From positions 1-50,310 of the IMG/VR virus record IMGVR_UViG_3300008807_000160: a stretch of DNA of 50,310 nucleotides; one strand, written 5' to 3'. Of the stretch, positions 24,285 through 30,905 are shown piece by piece; position 1 is the stretch's first letter, and each line of letters begins with the position of its first letter. Origin of the DNA: a virus. Below the pieces are notes generated by a model. That model had not been told where the DNA came from, made no database searches, and was given only the letters and a program-made list of their open reading frames with translations. The translations under genes were made by a program, and so were the position numbers.

Positions 24285-24509
24285 TTATCTTGGCACGTTA
24301 AAGGGAATGTCTGGTTGAGCCAGAATGGCCGCCCGGCGAGCCTCAGCGCCTTGCTGCCTTATCCCGTCGCGTTGCATCCGGCACTGGATATAAGCCTGGG
24401 AGCCAGGTGCGGCGCCGTAGGACCGGCATGTTGCATCGTCATCAGCGGCGATCTCCTGCCGAGAGGCACAGCCGGCCAACATCAAAGACAGTACTACTGC
24501 CCATTTCAT
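24285..24509 (-). CDS. Small lipoprotein co-transcribed with the repressor
   Basis: Signal peptide plus lipobox MKWAVVLSLMLAGC. Starts at the base immediately after the repressor stop codon. Followed by a terminator. Confidence 0.75.
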   Translation of the reverse strand: MKWAVVLSLMLAGCASRQEIAADDDATCRSYGAAPGSQAYIQCRMQRDGIRQQGAEARRAAILAQPDIPFNVPR

Positions 24510-24833
24510 CTACCGATTTCCCCCTGCCATTCGTTTGACCACATCGAAAGCCATACTAATCACATCGTCCGAAGAATCCCGCACGAGAGCATCTAGGCTC
24601 GGGCGGCCGGGAGGGCTCCATAGTTCTTGCGGCTCCAAGTCGAGGGCTTGAGCAAGCACCGCGATCTTTTCAGGGTTGAGCCTGTGCTGTTCCTTTCGCC
24701 ACCGGAACACAGTGGCGCGGTCAACCCCAATTCGGTTCCCAACCTTCTCATCGTTAAGTCCGCGCTCTTTGAACCATTCCTCGATGTAGAGGTGGGGGCG
24801 AGCTCCGCGCCGTATCCTTGGTGGTGTTGCCAT
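24510..24833 (-). CDS. CI-like repressor (XRE-type HTH, no peptidase domain)
   Basis: 107 aa from ATG 24833. HTH is NDEKVGNRIGVDRATVFRWRKEQ. Divergent from cro. TATAGT lies 7 nt upstream of the ATG and there is no SD, so the mRNA may be leaderless. Confidence 0.75.
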   Translation of the reverse strand: MATPPRIRRGARPHLYIEEWFKERGLNDEKVGNRIGVDRATVFRWRKEQHRLNPEKIAVLAQALDLEPQELWSPPGRPSLDALVRDSSDDVISMAFDVVKRMAGGNR

Positions 24834-24869
24834 GCTGGAAACTATAGCCTCGATGCTGCGATGCGTCGT

Positions 24870-24884
24870 TTGCCAAACCGGCAA
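24870..24884. promoter_or_regulatory. Operator-like site O1 (TTGCCAAACCGGCAA)
   Basis: Located in the cI/cro divergent region; half-site palindrome TTGCC/GGCAA. Confidence 0.6.
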
Positions 24885-24904
24885 CAAAGTCCTTGACGAC
24901 TATG

Positions 24905-24919
24905 TTGTCGGTTTGGTAA
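24905..24919. promoter_or_regulatory. Operator-like site O2 (reverse complement TTACCAAACCGACAA)
   Basis: Inverted relative to O1. O1 and O2 flank a TTGACG (-35-like) at 24893-24898, just upstream of cro. Confidence 0.6.
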
Positions 24920-24928
24920 CAAGGCGGC

Positions 24929-25147
24929 ATGGAGACAAATCCACTCAAGGCATTTCGAGAGGCCCAGAAGATCAGCAAGGCTGATCTCGCCAGGCTTTTG
25001 GGGGTGTCCCGTTCAATCGCGCATCGTTGGGAGACGGGCGAGCGAAAGATCGGGCCAGACTCCCTAGCGACAGTTTCCGAGAAGACCGGAATTTCGAAAA
25101 AGATTCTGCGTCCTGATCTCGCTGAGAAGCTGGAGGACGCTCAATGA
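24929..25147 (+). CDS. Cro-like HTH regulator
   Basis: 72 aa. HTH is ISKADLARLLGVSRSIAHRWETGER. Divergent from the repressor. Confidence 0.8.
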   Translation: METNPLKAFREAQKISKADLARLLGVSRSIAHRWETGERKIGPDSLATVSEKTGISKKILRPDLAEKLEDAQ

Positions 25148-25386
25148 GCCGCCACGCCGATCTCCTGACTTCCGCCAAGCAATATCCGCGATACTGCTTC
25201 GCGGATATCTCGGTTGATCATAACGAGCTCGGCCGCCGGCAGTACCGCAATGAACTGCGGCGCCAGGATGCTTCCCCGCTTCTCCCAATGGTAGACGCGA
25301 ACGTTGTGCCCGAATGCCTCGGTGCGAGCGTTGGTCACGAAATAGGTTGGAAGGCCGCCGAAATCTTCCGCAAAATCGTGCGTCAT
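25141..25386 (-). CDS. Hypothetical protein (81 aa) in reverse orientation, convergent with cro
   Basis: GGGGGGA SD. GC3 is about 65% by manual count and the composition looks protein-like. The 3' end overlaps the cro 3' end by 7 nt. Preferred over the + strand ORF 25144..25548. Confidence 0.5.
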   Translation of the reverse strand: MTHDFAEDFGGLPTYFVTNARTEAFGHNVRVYHWEKRGSILAPQFIAVLPAAELVMINRDIREAVSRILLGGSQEIGVAAH

Positions 25387-25502
25387 TGCATCCCCCCCGC
25401 GCTGATCGTTGGCGCGTCATCCGCGCTTCACAATTCAGCCACAGGTCGCGGCGCACGCGCAAGACTACATACGTCGCAGGCGCTGGAAAATTTAGCATCT
25501 CA

Positions 25503-25523
25503 CCTGTTCCACATCGGAACAGG
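25503..25523. other. 8-bp perfect hairpin (CCTGTTCC-ACATC-GGAACAGG)
   Basis: Read directly. Lies 22 nt upstream of ATG 25545. On the + strand it is followed only by CTTT. Confidence 0.3.
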
Positions 25524-25544
25524 CTTTGCAACCGGAGCGCGATC

Positions 25545-25835
25545 ATGACGTTCCGCTCTTCAAACGAGACAAGCCGGCAGAACATCGGACGGGGGCGTTA
25601 CGATCGTCCTGCCGGCTCTCGTGATGTGAGGACGCAATACAACCCTCACACCGAAATCGTTCGTTCACCTGCCGGTTCGATTGTTTCGATTCCGCGGTTC
25701 GAAGCTCCGCTCGAACCTCTCGATCTCGCGCAAGCGCGTCTCCACGAAGCGCTGATGTTCGCGCTGCCGCTCAGCTTCTTTCTCTGGATTCTCATCGGCC
25801 TCGCTGCGTGGGGGCTGATCTCTGTCTTTCTGTAG
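25545..25835 (+). CDS. Hypothetical tail-anchored protein (96 aa); coding strand uncertain
   Basis: GGAG SD 7 nt upstream of the ATG. C-terminal TM helix LPLSFFLWILIGLAAWGLISVFL. A codon-aligned antisense ORF (25665..25913) has equal or better GC3. Confidence 0.4.
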   Translation: MTFRSSNETSRQNIGRGRYDRPAGSRDVRTQYNPHTEIVRSPAGSIVSIPRFEAPLEPLDLAQARLHEALMFALPLSFFLWILIGLAAWGLISVFL

Positions 25836-25976
25836 GTATCTGACCACGTTCAGCGTTGCCGCGCCGATCGTGATGAATGGAAGTTCGTCGTTGTCGTTAT
25901 CGAATTGCTTCATGACTTGAGCATTCAAGCATGGATCATTGGGGAAATGAGACCAATCAGTGGGAAGCGCGTACCA

Positions 25977-26312
25977 ATGAACGGAGCAGCCAGCATCACC
26001 AGGAACGCCGCAGCGGCGCTTGTCGAGCGCGAGGAGCGACGTACTGGCTCCCGCATGGTGGCCTATCACACGGTCGGCCAAATGGTCGGCGCGTCGGCTG
26101 AGTGGGTTCGCAAGTACATTTCATCGCAAGAGGCCGCAGAGCCTCGCTTCAGCGTGGGGATCAACCTCATCCAGGTCTATCGCCGGGTGTGTGAGCGCGT
26201 CGAACAGGCAGGAGACCGAGAACGCAAGCTCAAGGAAGAGATTGATGCGGCTTTGGAAAGCGCTGGTCTCCTGGTGGAGGTCACGAAGAGAACGGATCGA
26301 GGTGCAACGTAA
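25977..26312 (+). CDS. Putative HTH DNA-binding protein (111 aa)
   Basis: ATG 25977 with GGGAAG 9 nt upstream. The segment AYHTVGQMVGASAEWVRKYI is HTH-like. The start is uncertain (TTG 25905 is possible). Confidence 0.5.
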   Translation: MNGAASITRNAAAALVEREERRTGSRMVAYHTVGQMVGASAEWVRKYISSQEAAEPRFSVGINLIQVYRRVCERVEQAGDRERKLKEEIDAALESAGLLVEVTKRTDRGAT

Positions 26313-26339
26313 GTTGCGCAAATTTATGGAGCAGGGGGA

Positions 26340-26888
26340 ATGACGTGGACAGACGAGCGCGTGGAGAAGCTCCGGGAGCTGCACGCAAGGAAGCTATCCT
26401 GCGCGATGATGGCGGCAGAGCTAGGCGGCGGCATTAGCCGCAATGCGGTCATTGGCAAACTGCATAGGCTCGGCCTATCGAGTGCATCATCGACCATTCA
26501 CGTTGATAACCCGTTCGGCAGCAAGCGGATGCCGAGAAAGAAGACGGAGAATCGCAAGACCGTTCGCATCGTGAAGGCGAACGGCAACAGCCGCACTATG
26601 CGACTCATGGAATCCGCCGAGACGGACTTGCAGTTGCTGCGCTGCGTCGAGGTCATTCCGCGCAACGTTTCGCTCCTGGATCTGGAGCCGGGCGAGTGCC
26701 GCTACCCATATGGAGATGGCCCAATCACATTCTGCGGCCATGCCAGCGCAGAAGGCTACAGCTATTGCGCGCCTCATGCCGTGCTGTCTCGGACTGAGAC
26801 GCGCAACCTGTCCGAGGCTGGCAAGGAAAAGCGCCGCCGCACGCTGCGGGCCAACTTTAAGCTTCCCCTGATGGAGGCCGCGGAGTGA
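26340..26888 (+). CDS. gcrA: GcrA-like cell-cycle regulator
   Basis: N-terminus MTWTDERVEKLRELH....ISRNAVIGKLHRLGLS and C-terminus CRYPYGDGPITFCGH...YCAPHA both match the GcrA family. Confidence 0.85.
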   Translation: MTWTDERVEKLRELHARKLSCAMMAAELGGGISRNAVIGKLHRLGLSSASSTIHVDNPFGSKRMPRKKTENRKTVRIVKANGNSRTMRLMESAETDLQLLRCVEVIPRNVSLLDLEPGECRYPYGDGPITFCGHASAEGYSYCAPHAVLSRTETRNLSEAGKEKRRRTLRANFKLPLMEAAE

Positions 26889-27277
26889 TAACGTCAGCGA
26901 AGGAAAAGAAGCGTCACGAGATCGTCCTTGATGTCCTGCATCGGCATGGCGTCACGATGGACGAGCTGATCAGCCGGTCCCGCAAGGAAAAATTCGTCGA
27001 CGCGCGCGCCGAGATTGCCTCGCGCCTGGCGGACTTGAGCTTTTCCTACAATAGGATCGGCAAGATCCTGCACCGGGACCATTCGACCGTGGCGCACTGG
27101 CTCAATCATCGCCGCGGCGGCCGGCTGCCGCAGAACCTGAGCCCAATCCCATCCGACATCAGGCAGTGTATTGAGGGGATCGCCGCTCAGCGCAGGACTA
27201 CGGCAAAACAGGTCGTCATCGAATGGCTTACGGAACGGGCTAGATTCGAACTCGAGCAAGCGAGGAGTGCAGCATGA
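26885..27277 (+). CDS. DnaA domain-IV-like (DnaA C-terminal HTH) protein
   Basis: ELISRSRKEKFVDARAEIASRL...SYNRIGKILHRDHSTVAHW matches the Bac_DnaA_C pattern. Confidence 0.7.
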   Translation: MITSAKEKKRHEIVLDVLHRHGVTMDELISRSRKEKFVDARAEIASRLADLSFSYNRIGKILHRDHSTVAHWLNHRRGGRLPQNLSPIPSDIRQCIEGIAAQRRTTAKQVVIEWLTERARFELEQARSAA

Positions 27278-27417
27278 AATTACGTCTCCGTGACCTCCTC
27301 AAGCGCCGCAAAGAAGCCCTCCGCAAGGCATCACCAAAGAGCAGGGATCGCCTCAGGCATCGCGTGGCGGTGCTGGAGACGGTTGCGAGGATCAAGCGGG
27401 AGCTGAGGGCGGCATGA
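27274..27417 (+). CDS. Basic helical micro-protein (47 aa)
   Basis: Not in the ORF track. GAGGAG SD. ATGA overlaps on both sides. MKLRLRDLLKRRKEALRKAS... Confidence 0.45.
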   Translation: MKLRLRDLLKRRKEALRKASPKSRDRLRHRVAVLETVARIKRELRAA

Positions 27418-27659
27418 AGGCTCCGAAGCCATGGAAACGTGCCGAGCGCGTTGCAAATGCTTGCCGCAAGGGCAGCACGCTCTGTTGCTACAACCGACAG
27501 AGCGAAGAAGCCGGGGCGGAGGTCGTGTTTTATCTGGAGCCTGGCGGTGTTCCTGTTGGTCGAAAGACCGCGGAGAACGCTATAAAGCACGGGCTAGTGG
27601 TGCCGTCCAATGACGGACTATTCGGCTCCGAGTTTTCGCAGACATGGACGGCACCATGA
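27414..27659 (+). CDS. Hypothetical protein (81 aa)
   Basis: ORF-track ORF, coupled to its neighbours. Confidence 0.55.
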   Translation: MKAPKPWKRAERVANACRKGSTLCCYNRQSEEAGAEVVFYLEPGGVPVGRKTAENAIKHGLVVPSNDGLFGSEFSQTWTAP

Positions 27660-27874
27660 TAATTCCGATCGAACAGCAAGCCGCCGCGGTCGAAATTTCA
27701 GCGGTCAATATGCGCGGGCACATTGAAAATCTACAGCAGTTGATTGCCCGCAACAAGCGAAGCGCTGCCGAGCTAGATATCTTCGTTGATCGTCTTCCAG
27801 CCCTTGAAGCAGCTGCCAAGACGTTGCGTTGGATGGCGACGAACGAAGCGTCAATTCGAAAGGCGGTCGCATGA
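27656..27874 (+). CDS. Hypothetical protein (72 aa)
   Basis: ATG 27656 (ATGA overlap). Confidence 0.55.
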   Translation: MIIPIEQQAAAVEISAVNMRGHIENLQQLIARNKRSAAELDIFVDRLPALEAAAKTLRWMATNEASIRKAVA

Positions 27875-28107
27875 GCATTGCAAAGCTGTTCTACCTGACG
27901 TCACCGGCGCCAGGTAGTTACCTGATCCACTACCAGCTCTCAGGCTCTGACGTTTTGACCTCGGTCGAGATCGCCAAAGCCCACCTTGCAAACGTCGTTA
28001 TCGATGGCGCCTCGTTCGCGCTGCGTGAGTCCAACCGCGTTCCAAACAACACAAGCCAGGAGAGCGCGGATGGATCAGCCGGCATCAACGCACAACGGAC
28101 AGCTTAA
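27871..28107 (+). CDS. Hypothetical protein (78 aa)
   Basis: ATG 27871 (ATGA overlap). Confidence 0.55.
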   Translation: MSIAKLFYLTSPAPGSYLIHYQLSGSDVLTSVEIAKAHLANVVIDGASFALRESNRVPNNTSQESADGSAGINAQRTA

Positions 28108-28315
28108 GTCTCTGGTAGAGCGTATCAACAATCTGATGGACAGACGCGACGAGGTGTCCGCAGACGTCCGCGACGTTTTCGCAGAGGCGAAGTCGTCCGG
28201 CTATGACATCCCAGCGCTGCGGGCAATTGTCCGAGCGCAGCGCGAAGACGCCGAGAAGCGCCGGAATCGCGAGGCTATGATCGACCTATATCGCGGCGAG
28301 TTGGGGATAGACTAG
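28070..28315 (+). CDS. gapR: GapR-like (DUF2312) nucleoid-associated DNA-binding protein
   Basis: 81 aa from ATG 28070 (AGGAGA SD). GQLKSLVERINNLMDRRDEVSADVRDVFAEAKSSGYDIPALRAIVR....IDLY closely follows the Caulobacter GapR pattern. Confidence 0.8.
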   Translation: MDQPASTHNGQLKSLVERINNLMDRRDEVSADVRDVFAEAKSSGYDIPALRAIVRAQREDAEKRRNREAMIDLYRGELGID

Positions 28316-28316
28316 C

Positions 28317-28802
28317 ATGTCACTCGATATTTCGTCGGCTGCCGATCGAGTATTCGAGAGTTTGCGGCCTGATTTACAGTACATAATCGGCGAGAGAGCA
28401 AAAAAGCTCGCGCCATTGGTCGAGTCTGAAATCGAACTGATGGTTTTGACCGCGTTCGATATGCTCAGTGTGTTTACACCACTGACTGCCGTCATAGGAG
28501 ACGACTTTCCCGACAACAATAGGGGAAACATCCTTATTACCCCTCAATTCAAGTGGAGAGGGTACAGGATCGATTTTTGCGTGAGATGTGATGTCGCTCC
28601 GGACAAGTTGTTCTTTGTGGAATGCGATGGACACGACTTCCACGAGCGAACCAAAGAGCAGGCAGAGCGCGATCGATCAAAGGATAGGGCATTCCAGGCA
28701 GAGGGAATTCCTGTTCTTCGGTTTACAGGTCGCGAGATCTGGCGTGACGTCGGCGCCGTGACATCTGAGATTATCAATTTTGTGGGGTCTCGGCTTCGAT
28801 GA
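28317..28802 (+). CDS. DUF559 / Vsr-like PD-(D/E)XK endonuclease-domain protein
   Basis: YRIDFCV....FFVECDGHDFHE....RDRSKDRAFQAEGIPVLRFTGREI. The local GC is visibly lower (about 48-50%). Confidence 0.65.
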   Translation: MSLDISSAADRVFESLRPDLQYIIGERAKKLAPLVESEIELMVLTAFDMLSVFTPLTAVIGDDFPDNNRGNILITPQFKWRGYRIDFCVRCDVAPDKLFFVECDGHDFHERTKEQAERDRSKDRAFQAEGIPVLRFTGREIWRDVGAVTSEIINFVGSRLR

Positions 28803-29590
28803 CATTGACCCCAAAGAACTGGAAATCCTTCCAACATTACAAGGACCGCTCGCCGGCCTGGATCAAGCTCCACAAGGGTTTGATGACGGATTTCGCGTTC
28901 AACCGCTTGCCGCTCGCTAGCAGGGCGCTAGCGCCAATGCTCTGGCTGCTAGCTAGCGAATACGAGGAGGGCCAAATCACAGCTTCAATGGACGAGATTG
29001 CATTTCGCCTCCATGTTTCTGCCGCCGAGTTGAATGCCGCTTTAAAGCCTTTGATTGATTCAGGTTTTTTCATTGCTAGCGAAGTGCTAGCAATGCAGGA
29101 GCAAGCGGCTATCCCAGAGAAAGAGGATATAGGGAAGAGAACAAGGGAAGAGAGAGAGGAAAAATCTCGTTCGGCTTCGCCTCCGAGTGAGGATTTTGAA
29201 ACTCTCAAGCGGGTCTATCCAAGGCGGAAGGGAAACTATGGCTGGAAAGCTGCCGAGAGGAAATTCAACTCGCTGGTAAAGACGGGCGTAGACCCGAAAG
29301 CTATCATTGCAGCAGCAAAGCGGCTGGGCGAAACTCTTCACGCGAAGATCGGGACCGAGTTCATCCCGATGCCGGCGAGCTGGCTGAATGCTGAGGACTT
29401 CGTAAACATTGCAGTTGCGTCGTTCAGCCCGCCGACTATCCCAGACAAGCTTTCACTGGACGAGGCCGTCAGGATCTACGCCCGCGGCGGCCAGTGGTCG
29501 CGCCATGCGCCGATCGCTGATGTTAGCCAAGCACCGCCTGAATTGCTCGCCAAGTACGGTTTGAGCCCTGATGGCAGGCGCATCCAATGA
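28799..29590 (+). CDS. Putative replication-initiation / origin-binding protein (winged-helix N-terminal domain, possibly DUF1376/YdaU-like)
   Basis: 263 aa. Assigned from its position in the replication block, a wHTH-like N-terminal part, and the embedded repeat/IR/AT-rich cluster. The family name is from memory and uncertain. Confidence 0.45.
   Translation: MTLTPKNWKSFQHYKDRSPAWIKLHKGLMTDFAFNRLPLASRALAPMLWLLASEYEEGQITASMDEIAFRLHVSAAELNAALKPLIDSGFFIASEVLAMQEQAAIPEKEDIGKRTREEREEKSRSASPPSEDFETLKRVYPRRKGNYGWKAAERKFNSLVKTGVDPKAIIAAAKRLGETLHAKIGTEFIPMPASWLNAEDFVNIAVASFSPPTIPDKLSLDEAVRIYARGGQWSRHAPIADVSQAPPELLAKYGLSPDGRRIQ
28916..29095. promoter_or_regulatory. Candidate origin: six GCTAGC hexamers, an AT-rich stretch and a 10-bp perfect inverted repeat inside the replication gene
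   Basis: GCTAGC at 28916, 28927, 28948, 28952, 29075 and 29086. AT-rich tract tttaaagcctttgattgattcaggtttttt at 29041-29070. Inverted repeat CATTGCTAGC-gaagt-GCTAGCAATG at 29071-29095. Confidence 0.45.
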
Positions 29591-29853
29591 TCCGAGATCC
29601 ATCAGACGGCTCGGTGAGAGAGGTTCCGAGTAATTTGCAAAAAACGCAAATTGCTCCAGACACCGGCCTACGCCAGCCGACCAGGACCGACGCGCAAGAG
29701 CGGCTGGAGAGGTCCAGGGAATGGCTGAAGAACTATCACGCAGCAAAGGACGGGGAGAGGAATGCAATCGCTGACGAGGAAACAGGAGCAGGTTTGCGAG
29801 CTGGTGGTCTTGGGCTGGAGCAACAAGGAAATCGCCGAGAAGCTGGGGATTGA
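29587..29853 (+). CDS. Hypothetical protein (88 aa) overlapping the LuxR-type gene by 92 nt
   Basis: ATGA overlap with the upstream stop. GC3 is about 65% over the first 58 codons. Confidence 0.4.
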   Translation: MIRDPSDGSVREVPSNLQKTQIAPDTGLRQPTRTDAQERLERSREWLKNYHAAKDGERNAIADEETGAGLRAGGLGLEQQGNRREAGD

Positions 29854-29953
29854 CTATCGCACGGTCGAGACCCACCGAGCCAACGTTTTCGAGAAAATGG
29901 GCGTTAGGAACGCGGTCGAGCTGACACGGAAGATGCTGGGAGCGACGGTATGA
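29762..29953 (+). CDS. LuxR/GerE-type HTH regulator (stand-alone DNA-binding domain)
   Basis: LTRKQEQVCELVVLGWSNKEIAEKLGIDYRTVETHRANVFEKMGV; GGGGAGAGGA SD. Confidence 0.85.
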   Translation: MQSLTRKQEQVCELVVLGWSNKEIAEKLGIDYRTVETHRANVFEKMGVRNAVELTRKMLGATV

Positions 29954-30393
29954 CGGAGCGCTATTGGACGGTCGCCCAGACGGTTTCGAAGATGGAGCAC
30001 ATCGCCCGTCGGGAGATCGAAAAAACAAACCACGGCGCGTTTCTGCCAACCTACGCACGGTCCTGGAAGGTAGACGGACGGGACCACGTCAAGGAGTGCC
30101 CAATCTTCACTGGCTACGTGTTCTTTTTGACCGATGGCGACGATTGGGCCGGCATTCCCGATATCCATGGGATCTATCACGTTCCAGCGAACCCGAACCA
30201 TCGCGCCCAGCGCGTGAGAGATTCCGAGATGTTCCGCATGGTGCTCGGCCACGCTGGGGGCGAATACAATCGAACTGACCCGCCTCGATACACGAAGTAT
30301 TTCCGAAGCGAGAGGCCGAAGGTGCAGCAGAGCAAGCGCAGGCGCCCGCGCCCAAGGCGCAGCAAAATGGTTAGAAACGCTGCGTCTATGTAG
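29950..30393 (+). CDS. NusG-like NGN-domain protein (candidate late-gene antiterminator/activator)
   Basis: WTVAQT...E..A..EI.....AFLPTY........PIFTGYVFF......W..I....GI is an NGN-domain pattern. There is a basic C-terminal tail and no obvious KOW motif. Confidence 0.65.
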   Translation: MTERYWTVAQTVSKMEHIARREIEKTNHGAFLPTYARSWKVDGRDHVKECPIFTGYVFFLTDGDDWAGIPDIHGIYHVPANPNHRAQRVRDSEMFRMVLGHAGGEYNRTDPPRYTKYFRSERPKVQQSKRRRPRPRRSKMVRNAASM

Positions 30394-30512
30394 TTTCCAC
30401 AATAGGCAAATCGCCCGGTAGCATGGCATCCATTCGCCAACGGTGTTGATGTTGGGTGCAACCCTTGCCACCGGGCCTGCCAAAAATTCTAGGTCAGGCC
30501 AGAGGGCCAACT

Positions 30513-30696
30513 ATGTCGAAATATCAGAGATGGTATGACGGACTTGTTGACCGGGCGAGGAGCCGCAACATTCCGACCTGTTATACGGAGGTGCATCATG
30601 TGACGCCACGGTCGCTCGAACATCGAGCGCGGGGCGATTGTGGTTGCCTTCGTTCTGGCCTTGGCGTGGCTGGCCTGTGAATGGACTGACGCATGA
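30513..30696 (+). pseudogene. Frameshifted remnant of an HNH homing-type endonuclease
   Basis: MSKYQRWYDGLVDRARSRN....CYTEVHHVTPRSL is a typical HNH N-terminal half. The frame then degenerates, while the -1 frame reads GRSNIERGAIVVAFVLALAWLA and ends in an ATGA overlap with the next gene. Confidence 0.4.
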
Positions 30697-30905
30697 CCTC
30701 CATCGTCACCGATTTCAAATCCATCGCCCGCAAGCTCAACCGCCAAGACCAGAAAGCCGAGTTCGAGGCGAACAACCCGAAGGAAGAGCCGCAGATCGGG
30801 TGGCCGTATGGGGTGGCTGTGCCGCTCAAGTCGATGGCGCATCCTGAATGGCCGTATGCCGGGACGCCTTTCGAATGGACCAAATTCGTCAAGGTCAAGA
30901 TCTGA
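30693..30905 (+). CDS. Hypothetical protein (70 aa), first gene of the late operon
   Basis: ORF-track ORF. Confidence 0.55.
   Translation: MTSIVTDFKSIARKLNRQDQKAEFEANNPKEEPQIGWPYGVAVPLKSMAHPEWPYAGTPFEWTKFVKVKI

Noticed and set aside
24893-24921. A complete sigma-70 promoter for cro (TTGACG plus a -10 element)
   Set aside because: The -35-like hexamer is clear. However, no acceptable -10 hexamer lies 16-18 nt downstream (GTAACA/TGGTAA only), so I report just the -35-like element within the operator finding.
25144-25548. The 134-aa + strand ORF directly after cro
   Set aside because: Its composition (Arg/Ala/Ser/His-rich) looks non-coding. The opposite-strand 81-aa ORF has an SD and better codon-position GC bias. 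The region remains uncertain.
30424-30438. A sigma-54-like promoter TGGCAT-N5-CGCC upstream of the late genes
   Set aside because: The GG-to-GC spacing is one base off the -24/-12 consensus and the -12 element lacks TTGC. No enhancer-binding protein gene is present.
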